NCBI GenBank assembly: GCA_046292385.1
Contig: JBKBRF010000002.1
Span: forward strand, 203,653 to 267,652
DNA length: 64,000 nt
Reading direction: 5' to 3'
Source: Armatimonadota bacterium
GTDB taxonomy: Bacteria > Armatimonadota > SYMT01
The notes beneath the pieces were generated by a model that saw only the letters and a program-made list of their open reading frames with translations, was not told the origin of the DNA and made no database searches. Positions 20,792-31,064 of this stretch are shown here, in pieces (position 1 is the first letter of the stretch; each line of letters begins with the position of its first letter). A program made the position numbers and the translations under genes.

Positions 20792-21856
20792 CTAGAGCGA
20801 GCGAGTGCGGCGGCGGTCCCGCGAGGGGTCGGCGGAAGGCGGCTGCGGCACGGTGCGGCTCCGCTCTTCCAGCAGCATCCGCAGCATGTCGAGTCCCTCT
20901 TCCTTCGCCGGGACCGACTCGGCTTCCGCGGGGGTGGTGGAGCCGGCCATCCGGGCCATGCCGGCCATGCCGGTGTCGGTCCGCGTCTCCATCGACATCC
21001 CGGCCGTGCCCGGCTTCATCATGCTTGCCATCGTCGCCTCGCGCGTGGCCGGCATCATGTTCATCACCGGCTCACCCGGTACGGCGGGAACCGTGGGCGC
21101 CGTGGGGACCGTCGACGGGAGCCGCGGCTCGGCCGCGCCTACCTCCGGCTTCGGGGCGCCCGGCACTTCCGGGCGGGGCGCCGAAACCGCGGCCTCCGTC
21201 GGCTTCTCCGTCCGCCGCTTGAGGGTCGGCTGCGGGCGCCGGTTGGCAGGCGCGGGCGCCGCCTGCTGCTCCGCGACCGGCGCGGCCACCGGCTCCCTCA
21301 CCGGCTCGACCTCGCTGCGGGTGGACACCTCCGGGAGCGGCGCGGGACGGGGCGCCCGCGCGATCCGGATGGGACCATGGGCAGTGTGCGCCTCGGCCCC
21401 GCGCTCCTCGTGCCGCACCGGCGGCTCCGAAGCGTGCTGCTCCGGGCGCTCCGGCTCGGTGCGGGCGATGACCGGCTCCCGCTCGACCGGCGTCGAGGAC
21501 GGGATGATCCCCGCGCGGCTCTGCATCACGCCGAGGAGCAGGAGCGCGGAAGCGCCCGCGAAGGCGGTGAAGGCCCACGGGCCGTAGGGAAGGCTGTGAC
21601 GGCGCGGGACCGCGGCCGGGACCGGAGCCAGCTTGGCGCCGGAGATACCGGCCATGATGCGGGCGTGCAGACCGGTTGGGAGGTCCTCCTCCGGGATCAG
21701 CGACGCCAGGCGGGACAACCCGCGCAACTCTCGCAGCTCACCGGCGCACTGCTCGCAGCGAGTGACGTGCTGCTCGACCGATTGCTCCTGCGTCGCGCTG
21801 AGCTCGCCATCCACGTAGGCGGATAGCTGCTTTCGAACCCTGCCACACCACATCAT
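20792..21856 (-). CDS. zf-HC2 (ZAS) anti-sigma factor with TM helix and disordered extracytoplasmic tail
   Basis: C...LSAYVDGELS...HVTRCEQC (HxxxCxxC), one TM segment, AGGAG RBS. Confidence 0.88.
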   Translation of the reverse strand: MMWCGRVRKQLSAYVDGELSATQEQSVEQHVTRCEQCAGELRELRGLSRLASLIPEEDLPTGLHARIMAGISGAKLAPVPAAVPRRHSLPYGPWAFTAFAGASALLLLGVMQSRAGIIPSSTPVEREPVIARTEPERPEQHASEPPVRHEERGAEAHTAHGPIRIARAPRPAPLPEVSTRSEVEPVREPVAAPVAEQQAAPAPANRRPQPTLKRRTEKPTEAAVSAPRPEVPGAPKPEVGAAEPRLPSTVPTAPTVPAVPGEPVMNMMPATREATMASMMKPGTAGMSMETRTDTGMAGMARMAGSTTPAEAESVPAKEEGLDMLRMLLEERSRTVPQPPSADPSRDRRRTRSL

Positions 21857-22196
21857 GGCGACTCCTAACCCCTCGCCCGGCTCGCCGGTCCTTCCCAGCG
21901 AATACGCTCCGTACGACAATTACGGAGCGGACCGGTTACAACAATCTCGCAACAGCTCTGCGTTCCTGCTTCGTTCCTTCGGCCGCACGCTCGCGCCGGC
22001 GATACGACCATTCCCGGTTTCCCAGGATACGACACCCACCCGCAGAGCTGGTTGCGCCTATCGACCTTAAGACTGTCTGGGTGACTTCACTACGCCTGCC
22101 CGGCACCCCGCCGCGGCTTTCCTCAAAGACGCGCGGCGCTCCGGATTGTTCCCCTATTTGCCTCGGGACTGGTGTGACACACGCCACAGCGGGTCT

Positions 22197-22363
22197 CGGA
22201 CAGAGACAGAGGGACTGAGAGACGGAGAGACAGAGAGACGGAGCGCGGCAGGGGTGGCGGGGATGGCGCCCCGGAGGGGCGCGAGACGATAGCCGGGGGT
22301 CAGCGCAGCGCAGCCCCCGGGCTCACGCCGACCCAATACATCCGCCCTGGAGGGGCGGCGGAG
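22197..22363. repeat. GAGACGGA octamer array followed by REP-like element (gccccggaggggcg...gccctggaggggcg)
   Basis: Tandem octamers and duplicated palindromic units. Confidence 0.75.
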
Positions 22364-22505
22364 CTACGCGCGCTCCTTAGCGAAATCGGTGCGGAGTCAA
22401 CTCCGCGGGTTGGTTCCGCCGGAGGCCAACCTCCGGCGATCCGGGGCTTCACCGTCTCGGACGGGCGGCGGAAACCCCGCTTCTCGAGAGCGCGCCGGAG
22501 CCCGG

Positions 22506-22627
22506 GGTCGCCAGCGAGCAGGAGCAGGAGTAAGAGCAGGAGCAAGAACTGCCGTACACGGAGGGCTCTCCACCTCCGGTGCGCGGGGGTTCGGAACCTG
22601 CAACCTGCAACCTGCAAACCTGAACCT
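22506..22627 (-). repeat. AACCTGC array plus ~60-bp dispersed cassette (copy 3)
   Basis: Reverse complement matches 6321-6380. Confidence 0.88.
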
Positions 22628-24221
22628 ATCTGCGCGGCGCTGGCTTCTTCGGGGCGGCGGGGGCGGGGGCGGCCCACGTGAGGGGCGGCAGGGTAGCGGT
22701 CTTGCCGGCGGCGACGGTGACCGTCACCTCCACGTTCTGCCAGGCGCCCGGCTTCGGCAGCTCCACGCCGGTGTACTTGCGGCGGACCCGGTAGACGCCC
22801 GGCTGCAGGTCTTCCAGCAGCACCTTCCCGTCGAAGTCGACCGGGAGGTCGATCCACCGCACCGCGCTCCAGCCGCCGGGGGTCTGGCGGGAGAGGCCCA
22901 GGCTGACCGTCCCGCTGCGGGGGCTGCGGGTGCGGATGCGGACCTGGCTGGAGACGGCGCCGCCGCCCGCCTGGAAGTAGGGGTTCTGCTGCGCGGCCGC
23001 GCCTTCCGGCATCGGCGCCGCGTTGCGCGCCACGAACCGCTCCGGCACCGGCAGCGGCACGTCGGCGAGGCGGAAGCGGAGTAGCCGCACCGGCTCCTCC
23101 ATCTCCGCAATCTCCCAGGTGAGCTTCGCCGGCTCTTCCTCGCAGCCGGGGAAGATCCAGGTGCCGTCGGAAACGGTCACGTCCGCGCCGCGGTAGCTGC
23201 TGCCGCCGCGGAGGAGCGAGCCGGGATACCGGCGGCCGGACTTCCCGACCAGCTCCGGCACGATCTGCCCGCCCTTCGCCCCGCCGTAGCGGCGGTCGCT
23301 CGGCGCGAAGAGACGCACGCGCACGCTCGGCCCGCTCGGCAGCTCGCCGCCGGAGACCCGCGGGCCGGGGAGCTCCTCCGGCCCCTCGTCCTGCGGCTTC
23401 GGGATCACCAGGTAGCGCGACACGAGGACAATGAGGTCCCGCGCCTCCGCACGGCCCACCGGGCCGGTCAGCGGGAGCGGCAGCTCCGCCTGCAGCGTGC
23501 GCCGGCGCCGGTAGCGCATCAGGTCGCCCTCGATCGAGACCAGCTTACGGGCTTCCGGGTGGGGCCCCTCCAGCGTGACACTGCCGCTCCACTCGTCCGG
23601 GTAGAGGCCGCTGTTGGAGCTGCCGAAGTACCACGGCGTCTCGCCTTTGGAGGTGGCGACGTGGCCCTGGTCGTCGGTCACTACCAGGTTCTGCACTCCC
23701 GCGATCGAGTCGCCCTCGTCCTCCCCCAGCTCCGCGGTGAGCGCCAGGTTCAGGCTGCGGTTCGCCTGCGGCGGCGGGGCGCCCGGCTCGAAGCTGGCCC
23801 AGCGGCTGTCGTACAGGTTTAGGGAGCGGACGTAGAGCCGCACCCCACCCCGCTCGAAGAGCCCCACCGGCTCTCGCGGCTCCACGCCGATCGGCGCCGG
23901 CAGCAGCCGGTACCCCTCGCCCGCCCGGGTGGGACGGAGCTGGAACCTGTCGCAGAGCTGGCGCAGCGCTCGGGAGAAGGAGACGTCCTCCCAGTCGAAG
24001 CTGCCCTGCGGCGGCGCCGCGCCGATCGGCCGGAGCGCTCCGATCTCCACCGGCACGCCGGAGGCCTCGGAGAGGCGCGCGGCGGCCTGCCCGGCATTCA
24101 CGTTCTCCAGCTTCAGCGTGACCCGGCTCGGGGCCGCCGCCGCGGCGGAGAGGAGGCATGCGGAGAGAAGCAGCGCGCGGGCGACGAGGGGGAGGCTTCG
24201 GAGGGTGCGTGGCTCGTACAT
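22626..24221 (-). CDS. Secreted hypothetical protein, paralog A (STN-like N-terminus, C-terminal beta-sandwich)
   Basis: Signal peptide; colinear similarity with 24377-26038. Confidence 0.8.
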   Translation of the reverse strand: MYEPRTLRSLPLVARALLLSACLLSAAAAAPSRVTLKLENVNAGQAAARLSEASGVPVEIGALRPIGAAPPQGSFDWEDVSFSRALRQLCDRFQLRPTRAGEGYRLLPAPIGVEPREPVGLFERGGVRLYVRSLNLYDSRWASFEPGAPPPQANRSLNLALTAELGEDEGDSIAGVQNLVVTDDQGHVATSKGETPWYFGSSNSGLYPDEWSGSVTLEGPHPEARKLVSIEGDLMRYRRRRTLQAELPLPLTGPVGRAEARDLIVLVSRYLVIPKPQDEGPEELPGPRVSGGELPSGPSVRVRLFAPSDRRYGGAKGGQIVPELVGKSGRRYPGSLLRGGSSYRGADVTVSDGTWIFPGCEEEPAKLTWEIAEMEEPVRLLRFRLADVPLPVPERFVARNAAPMPEGAAAQQNPYFQAGGGAVSSQVRIRTRSPRSGTVSLGLSRQTPGGWSAVRWIDLPVDFDGKVLLEDLQPGVYRVRRKYTGVELPKPGAWQNVEVTVTVAAGKTATLPPLTWAAPAPAAPKKPAPRR

Positions 24222-24376
24222 CTCGAGTTAGTCTGTCCAGCTACTTCTGGTGAGTTGGAGTGGGCGCAAGGGAGAGAGGGGGAATGGGAGATCCGCGCTC
24301 GTAAGCAGCTTCGCAAGCTCGCCCACTCGCCCTTGCTCCGATTCCGCTACCGCCCATTCAGCGCGGCGGCAGGCTA

Positions 24377-26038
24377 CTACTTCTTCACCGGTCTGGCGCC
24401 GGCCGGCTTCTTCGGGGCGGGACGGGCTGCGGCGGGCTTCTTGGGAGCGGCGGACACGCCGGGCTTCGACCACTCCAGCGGCGGGAGAACCAGCTCTTTC
24501 CCCGGCTCTACCTGGACCACCAGCTCGTCTCCGGTCCACCGGCCGCCGGTCGGCAGCGCCTCCTCGCCCGGGCGGTACGACCGCAGCACGCGGTAGCGTC
24601 CCGGCCGGACTCCGGAGAGCCGCGCGGTGCCGTCTTCCACCGGCACGCTCATCCAGCGCAGCGGTCCCCAGCCTTTTCCGCGCTCCGCCGCCATGCCGAT
24701 CTGCAGCGTGCCGGCAGGCGCCGGACGGCCGGAGAGGCGGACCGGGGAACTCACCGCCACGCCGTCCGGAGAGTGGAGCGGTTTTGCGGCCGGCTGTCGG
24801 TCCGGATCCTCGGCGGGCTGTCGCCCCGGACCCGCGGCGGGCGCCGCGAGCGGCTCCGGCAGCGGGACGTTCGGGATACGGAACGTGAGCAGCGGCACCG
24901 GCTCACTCCGCTCCAGCGTATCCCAGATCAGCTTCGCCGGCCGGTCACCCTCGGCCAGCCGGAAAGAGATGGTCCCCTCTCCGAACTGCCAGTCGCCGTC
25001 CCCACCGCCGCCCCAGGAGTGGCCGCTGGAGGGATACAGCTCGCCGGAGGCGCCGGCGAGGAGGGGGTTCGAGGCCGCCTCCATGAACTCGCTGCGCGGT
25101 CCCGCCGGCGCGAAGACCCGGAGGCGGATCGTTCTTTCGCCGCTCGACGGCCGGCGCCGGATCTGCGGCAGGTCTTCCTCGCCCGGCGGCACCGGGAGCT
25201 CCTCCGGCGAGGGAGGGCCGTAGCCGGAAACCACGACCAGCGTCTCTCCGATCTGCTTCCGCACCGCCTTGCCGCTCTCCGGCAGCTCCAGCTCCACGGT
25301 GGACCGGCGGACGGTGCGGTGGACCAGCAGCTCTCCCTCTACCCAGGTGAGGCGGCGGGCGCGTGGATCGGGGCCGGGCAGCGAGACGCTGCCGCTCCAG
25401 CGGTCCGGAAAGCCGGCTTCGAAGAAGGACGGCGGTGAACGAAACTCTCCCTGGCGGGCCAGGACCTGGCCGGTGTCGTCCCGCGCCACCACGTTCGCCA
25501 GGCCGTAGACCTGGTCCCGGTCCAGCTCCCCCAGCTCCGCGGCGAAGTGCAGGGTCAGGGTGCCGCTGCTGTCCCGGTTCCCGCCGACCCCGGCGAGGTT
25601 CCGGCTGCGGGACTGGTGGATCGCCGTGGAGACCATGTAGAAGCGGACCCCGTCCCGCACCACCAGCCCGAACGGCTTCAGCGGCGGCCCCTCCTCCGCG
25701 AAGCCGCCCGGCATGAGCTGGTAGACCGGCCCGCGCCGCTGGGGCCGCAGCCCGTACCGGGCGCAGAGCTCCCGGAGCGCCCGGTTGAAGGTCGCCGCGC
25801 TCCAATCGAAGCTGGCCCGCTCCGCCAGCGCGCCCTGCGGCATCCCGAGCGGCTGCGCGTAAGCCGGCAGCGTGAGGCGGACGCCGGACGCTTCGGAGAG
25901 CCGGCGGATCGCCTCCGGGGCCGTCGCATTCTCCACCCGGATCCCGAGCCGCGCTGCCTCCGCGGCGGCGGCGCCGACTCCCGCCGCCGGCGCGACGACG
26001 CACCCGAGGACGGAGAGGAGGGTGAGAAAGTGGCGCAT
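24377..26038 (-). CDS. Secreted hypothetical protein, paralog B
   Basis: MRHFLTLLSVLG signal peptide. Shares RLSEASGV, SFDW, DD.G, PD.WSGSV.L.GP.P.AR and PG.YRV.R.Y with paralog A. Confidence 0.8.
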   Translation of the reverse strand: MRHFLTLLSVLGCVVAPAAGVGAAAAEAARLGIRVENATAPEAIRRLSEASGVRLTLPAYAQPLGMPQGALAERASFDWSAATFNRALRELCARYGLRPQRRGPVYQLMPGGFAEEGPPLKPFGLVVRDGVRFYMVSTAIHQSRSRNLAGVGGNRDSSGTLTLHFAAELGELDRDQVYGLANVVARDDTGQVLARQGEFRSPPSFFEAGFPDRWSGSVSLPGPDPRARRLTWVEGELLVHRTVRRSTVELELPESGKAVRKQIGETLVVVSGYGPPSPEELPVPPGEEDLPQIRRRPSSGERTIRLRVFAPAGPRSEFMEAASNPLLAGASGELYPSSGHSWGGGGDGDWQFGEGTISFRLAEGDRPAKLIWDTLERSEPVPLLTFRIPNVPLPEPLAAPAAGPGRQPAEDPDRQPAAKPLHSPDGVAVSSPVRLSGRPAPAGTLQIGMAAERGKGWGPLRWMSVPVEDGTARLSGVRPGRYRVLRSYRPGEEALPTGGRWTGDELVVQVEPGKELVLPPLEWSKPGVSAAPKKPAAARPAPKKPAGARPVKK

Positions 26039-26140
26039 GGTTCTGCTCCCGGTGCGGATTGGAATCTCTGTCCCTTTCCGGGGAGCGACGCAGGACTCCT
26101 GCCCGCACGCGCGGGAACGAGCCTCCGGAGGAGTGGAGCT

Positions 26141-26980
26141 ATGCGGGAGATCATCGACGCCCACGTGCACGTCTGGACCCCGGACACGGAGCGCTACCCG
26201 CTGGCGGCGGGCTACACTCGAGAGAACATGCGGCCCCGGAGCTTCACGCCGGAGGAGCTGTTCGCCCACTGCCGCCCGGAGGGAGTGCGCCGCGTGGTGC
26301 TGATCCAGATGAGCTTCTACGGTTTCGACAACCGCTACATGCTCGACAGCATGCGGCGCTTCCCTGGGGTCTTCTCCGGCGTGGCGGTGATCGACTGGAC
26401 CGCTCCCCGCCCGGACGAGGAGATGGCGCGGCTGGCGAAGGAGGGAGTCCGCGGCTTCCGCATCCGGAGCGGCGACACCCCGGCGCCCGACTGGGCGGAG
26501 ACGGAGCCGCTCGACCGGATGTTCCGCACGGCGGCGGAGCGGCGGCTGGCGATCTGCCCCCTGCTCGGCCCGAACGCCCTCCCCTCGCTCGCGCGGATGT
26601 GCGCGCGCCACCTCAAGACGCCGGTGGTGATCGACCACCTGGCCCGGATCGGCTTCGACGGGGAGATCCGCGAGGCGGACGTCCACGCGCTCTGCCAGAT
26701 GGCCCACTTCCCGGAGGTGCGGGTCAAGGTCTCCGCCTTCTACGCGCTCGGGAAGAAGCGCCCGCCCCACGCGGAACTGGAGCCGGTGATCCGCCGCGTC
26801 CACGAGGCGTTCGGGGCGAAGCGGCTGATGTGGGCGAGCGACTGCCCCTTCGCGGTGCAGGAGGAGCGGTACGTCGACAGCCTGGCGCTGGTCCGCGACC
26901 GCTGCCCCTGGCTGAAGCCGGACGAGCGAGAGTGGCTCCTAAGGCGGACGGCGGAGGATACCTTCTTCCGCCCAGAGTGA
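26141..26980 (+). CDS. Amidohydrolase family protein (amidohydro_2, sugar lactonase-like)
   Basis: IIDAHVHVW, VIDHLAR, VKVSA, RLMWASDCP. Confidence 0.92.
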   Translation: MREIIDAHVHVWTPDTERYPLAAGYTRENMRPRSFTPEELFAHCRPEGVRRVVLIQMSFYGFDNRYMLDSMRRFPGVFSGVAVIDWTAPRPDEEMARLAKEGVRGFRIRSGDTPAPDWAETEPLDRMFRTAAERRLAICPLLGPNALPSLARMCARHLKTPVVIDHLARIGFDGEIREADVHALCQMAHFPEVRVKVSAFYALGKKRPPHAELEPVIRRVHEAFGAKRLMWASDCPFAVQEERYVDSLALVRDRCPWLKPDEREWLLRRTAEDTFFRPE

Positions 26981-27059
26981 GGGATGAGAGAGAAGGATGA
27001 GCGATGAGGGATGAAGGATGAATCCGAACCCTCCATACCCGGCCGTCCTGCTCCTGCTC
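26977..27059 (+). repeat. GGGATGA array plus truncated cassette (copy 4)
   Basis: gggatga..ggatgagcgatgagggatgaaggatgaatccgaaccctcc...tcctgctcctgctc. Confidence 0.85.
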
Positions 27060-27344
27060 AACACCCCACGTCCGGCCGATCCCTCGCACTTCCCGCCGGG
27101 TTGAGGGCCGGATTCCGGCCCCTCGGCCCGGGTCGCCGCCTTTTCATCCGACGGCTCGTTTGCTACTTCCCCTGGCGATTGGTTTTGGCTAAAATCTTGC
27201 GGTTTCTGCGCGGCGCGTTATCAGGGATGGGGAAGCCTGCTCCTGGAGCCCCAGTTTGCGCCGGGAGCCACCAACCAAGGTCCTGCTGTTCTCGGGCCCA
27301 GCAAAACTGGCCGAAACGGCCCCTCTAGGGAAGTTAGCGAATAG

Positions 27345-30300
27345 ATGAAGTCTGATCCGTTGGGCGCCGGGGGCGCCCAGCCGTCTTCGCGCGCGTGCGC
27401 CGGAGTCGGGATCCTCTGCGCGGTCTCCGCGCTGCTGTCGCTCGGGGCGATGGCTCCGAGCCGTCCCGCCGCCGCTGCGCCGTCCGACGCGGCGGTGCGT
27501 GCCGCTTACGAGCGGCTGCCGCTCACCTTCGAGCCGAACCTGGGGCAGACCGATCCCCGGGTGAAGTTCATGGCCCGGGGACCGGGCTACAACCTCTATC
27601 TCACCGGCTCCGAGGCGGTGCTGAGCCTGCCGTCCGCGGGCGAGCGGCGCGGCGAGGTGCTGCGGATGCAGGTCGAGGGCGCGCGCCCGGCGCCGCGGGC
27701 GCGGGGTCTCTCCCGCCTGGAAGGGAAGGTCAACTACTTCCGCGGCGCCGACCGCAGCAAGTGGCTCCGAAATGTCTCGACCTACGGCCGGGTGCAGTTC
27801 GATGAGGTCTATCCCGGCATCGACCTGGTCTACTACGGCGCCCAGAGCGAGCTGGAGTACGACTTCGTGGTGAAGCCGGGCGCCGATCCGGAGGCCGTCA
27901 AGCTCCGCTTCTCCGGAGCGAAGCGGCTGGAGGTCGACGCGAAGGGCGACCTGCTGCTCCACACCACCTCGGGCCCGGTGCGCCAGCATCGGCCGGTGGT
28001 CTATCAGGAGGTCGACGGCCGGCGCCGCCTGGTCCCCGCGCGGTACGAGCTGCTGGCCGGCAACCGCGTGAAGTTCGCGCTGGGGAGCTACGACCGCGCC
28101 CGCACGCTGGTGATCGATCCCGTCCTGACCTACTCCTCCTACCTGGGCGGCTGGTACGCCGACGCGGGATACGCAATCGCGACCGATGGCAACGGCGCGG
28201 CGATCGTGGCCGGGCAAACCAGCTCCTGGGACTTCCCGCTCCAGAACCCGATTCAGGAGTTCCAGTCCAGCTTCGTCGAGGCGTTCGTCACCCGCTTCAA
28301 CACGAGCGGCTCCACGATCGTCTACTCCACCTTCATCGGCGGCTCGGAGGATGACCGCGCCACCGGCGTGGCGATCGACGGAACCGGCGCGGTCTACGTG
28401 GCCGGCCGTACCGCGTCGGAAGACTTTCCGGAGCTGAACGGGGTGCAGCAGACCTATGGCGGCGGCGGCAGCGACGCCTTCGTGGTGAAGCTGGCGCCGA
28501 GCGGCTCCGCCATCGTCTACTCCACGTACGTGGGCGGCAGCGACACCGACGGCTCCAGCGGTGTGGCGCTGGCGGTGACCGGCAGCGGCGAGGCGGTGAT
28601 CGGGGGCGAGACCCGCTCCAGCGACTTCCCGAAGACGAATGCGCGCGGCTTCGGCGGGGGCGTCTTCGACGGCTTCTTGACGAAGCTTTCGGCAGACGGC
28701 CAGAGCTTTGTGTTCTCCACCTACCTGGGCGGCAGCAGCTACGACGCCGTGCAGGCAGTGGCGGTCGACGGCGCGGGCGCGGTCTATGCCGCCGGCGGGA
28801 CCGAGTCGTCGAACTTCCCCGTGCTGGGCTCTCTGCACGCGCACGCCGGCGGGTCCGACGCCTTCGTCACCAAGCTCTCGGCGAACGGCAGCACCCAGGC
28901 CTACGGCACCTTCCTCGGCGGCACGAATGACGAGACCGCCTACGGGCTGGCGGTCGACGGCTCCGGCGCGGCGTACGTCGTCGGGAAGACCACCTCGACC
29001 AACTTCCCCACCAGCACTGCCTATGACGCGACGCTGGGCGGCTCGCAGGACGCGTTCCTCGTCAAGTTGAACGCGTCCGGCGGCGGGCGGGTCTACTCCA
29101 CGTACCTGGGCGGCAGCAACCGGGAGACGGCCCACGCCGTGGCGGTGGACGGCTCCGGTGCAGCCTATGTGGTAGGTGCCACCGAATCGGCGGACTTCCC
29201 GATCCAGAGCCCGAGCCAGCGCGTCTACGGCGGCGGCACCGGGCCGGAGGGAGACGGCTTCGTAACCAAGTTCCGCGCCGCGGGCACCTCGCTCCACTAC
29301 TCCACCTTCGTCGGGGGGAGCGAGAGTGATGCCGCCTACGGCGTGGCGGTCCACGGCAGCGTTGCGAGCGTGACGGGGCGGACCGCCTCGCCCGACTTCC
29401 CGCTGGCCTCCGCGCGGCAGCCGATCTTGAATGGCGAGGACGGCTCCGACGAGACTGACGCCTTCCTGGTACGCCTCACCAGCAGCGGCACCTCCGCTCC
29501 GGCCGCTCCCGGCAGCCTGAACGGCACGGTCGTCTCCACCTCGCGCGTCGACCTCTCCTGGGCCGACGCGAGCAACAACGAGGATGGATTCGAGATCGAG
29601 CGGAAGGTCCAGGGCGGCGTCTACAGCGTCATCGGACAGTCCGCGAAGGACACGACCACCTTCACCGACAGCACGGTCGCGGAGAACGTCACCTACGTCT
29701 ACCGCGTCCGGGCAGTGAACGACTTCGACTACTCCGGTTACTCCCCGGAGAAGACGATCCAGGTGGTGGTGCAGGGTGCTCCGAACGCTCCGTCCGGCCT
29801 CGTGGCTACTCCGGTCTCGAGCAGCCGGATCGACCTGCGCTGGATCGACAACAGCGACAACGAGATCCGGTTCGAGGTGGAGCGGAAGTCGGAAGGCGGC
29901 GGATACGCCGTGATCGGTACCACCAACCCGGGCGTGGTTGCCTTCTCCGATACGAACGCCTCCAGCGGCGTGACCTATACCTACCGCGTGCGGGCGATCG
30001 GCGTAAGCGGCAACTCCGGCTACTCGACCGAGGTCTCCGTCTCCACGCCCAACGAGGGTGCTCCGAACGCTCCTGGCACTCTCCAGGCGAGCGCCGTCTC
30101 CTCCACACGGGTCAACCTGACGTGGCAGGATCTGAGCTCGGACGAGACCGGCTTCAAGATCGAGCGCCGCACGGCGAGCACCGCGTATACGCAGATCGGC
30201 ACCGCTGCGGCGGGGGCGACCAGCTACTCCGATACGACGGCGAACGCCGGCACCACCTACACCTACCGGGTGCGGGCGACGAACGGCAACGGCGACTCGC

Positions 30301-30941
30301 TCTACTCGAACGAAGCCACCGCTACCACTTCCGGCAGCGGTGGTGGGGACCGGCCGGCCGTGCCGACCGGGATCAGCGCCACGGCACTCTCCAGCCGGCG
30401 GGTGCAGGTCTCCTGGACCGACGCGAGCAATAACGAGACCGGGTTCAAGATCGAGCGTAAGAGCGGCACCGGCGACTTCGCGGAAGTCGGCACCGCCGCC
30501 GCGAACGCCACTTCGTTCCTGGACCAGACGGTGCAGCCCGGCACGCAGTACACCTACCGCGTGCGGAGTGCCAACGCCGCCGGCTCCTCGGACCCGTCCG
30601 GCGAGGCGACGGTCACCACGCCGTCGCAGAGCGGCAAGCTGCTGGCACCGAAGCAGCGGACGCTCGACTTCGGCACCCTGAAGCCGGGCAAGACCAAGAC
30701 GAAGCCGATCAAGCTGAAGAACATCGGCAGCGGACCGCTCTACGTCGAGATCCCTGCCCCCGCCGCGCCGTACACCGCGACCCCGGTCGGCGGGGTCGTG
30801 ATCGCTGCCAAGCAGACGCTGACGGTGAACGTTCAGTTCGCTCCGACCGCGAAGGGCTCGTTCAAGAGCAGCCTGACCGTGACCACCGACGAGAACGGCG
30901 GGCGCAGCGTCAAGTTCAACCTGAAGGGCAAGCGGAAGTAA
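27345..30941 (+). CDS. Cell-surface protein: DUF7948-like N-domain, 7 SBBP beta-propeller repeats, 4 FN3, C-terminal ASH/Ig-like domain
   Basis: LPLTFEPNLGQ, YPGIDLVY, LVIDPVL, seven YSTY/FLGG repeats, four P.AP..L.A...S..V.L.W.D.S.NE.GF.IER repeats. Confidence 0.93.
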   Translation: MKSDPLGAGGAQPSSRACAGVGILCAVSALLSLGAMAPSRPAAAAPSDAAVRAAYERLPLTFEPNLGQTDPRVKFMARGPGYNLYLTGSEAVLSLPSAGERRGEVLRMQVEGARPAPRARGLSRLEGKVNYFRGADRSKWLRNVSTYGRVQFDEVYPGIDLVYYGAQSELEYDFVVKPGADPEAVKLRFSGAKRLEVDAKGDLLLHTTSGPVRQHRPVVYQEVDGRRRLVPARYELLAGNRVKFALGSYDRARTLVIDPVLTYSSYLGGWYADAGYAIATDGNGAAIVAGQTSSWDFPLQNPIQEFQSSFVEAFVTRFNTSGSTIVYSTFIGGSEDDRATGVAIDGTGAVYVAGRTASEDFPELNGVQQTYGGGGSDAFVVKLAPSGSAIVYSTYVGGSDTDGSSGVALAVTGSGEAVIGGETRSSDFPKTNARGFGGGVFDGFLTKLSADGQSFVFSTYLGGSSYDAVQAVAVDGAGAVYAAGGTESSNFPVLGSLHAHAGGSDAFVTKLSANGSTQAYGTFLGGTNDETAYGLAVDGSGAAYVVGKTTSTNFPTSTAYDATLGGSQDAFLVKLNASGGGRVYSTYLGGSNRETAHAVAVDGSGAAYVVGATESADFPIQSPSQRVYGGGTGPEGDGFVTKFRAAGTSLHYSTFVGGSESDAAYGVAVHGSVASVTGRTASPDFPLASARQPILNGEDGSDETDAFLVRLTSSGTSAPAAPGSLNGTVVSTSRVDLSWADASNNEDGFEIERKVQGGVYSVIGQSAKDTTTFTDSTVAENVTYVYRVRAVNDFDYSGYSPEKTIQVVVQGAPNAPSGLVATPVSSSRIDLRWIDNSDNEIRFEVERKSEGGGYAVIGTTNPGVVAFSDTNASSGVTYTYRVRAIGVSGNSGYSTEVSVSTPNEGAPNAPGTLQASAVSSTRVNLTWQDLSSDETGFKIERRTASTAYTQIGTAAAGATSYSDTTANAGTTYTYRVRATNGNGDSLYSNEATATTSGSGGGDRPAVPTGISATALSSRRVQVSWTDASNNETGFKIERKSGTGDFAEVGTAAANATSFLDQTVQPGTQYTYRVRSANAAGSSDPSGEATVTTPSQSGKLLAPKQRTLDFGTLKPGKTKTKPIKLKNIGSGPLYVEIPAPAAPYTATPVGGVVIAAKQTLTVNVQFAPTAKGSFKSSLTVTTDENGGRSVKFNLKGKRK

Positions 30942-31064
30942 CGCCGCCGGCCTCACCGTCACGCAGGGGGGATGGCTCCGGCCATCCCCCTTTCTCGTAC
31001 CGTGAAGGGGCTCCAGCGCCGCGTCCCGCTGCCGATAATCGGGCTGACGAGGACGACCACCGCG

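Noticed and set aside
22030..22060. 6S RNA (cacccacccgcagag resembles a 6S motif)
   Set aside because: No ~180-nt rod with a closing stem could be assembled; the match is short.
27295..27325. c-di-GMP-I riboswitch (gcaaaac..ggccgaaa)
   Set aside because: The second stem and the GACGCAAAG-like junction are absent.
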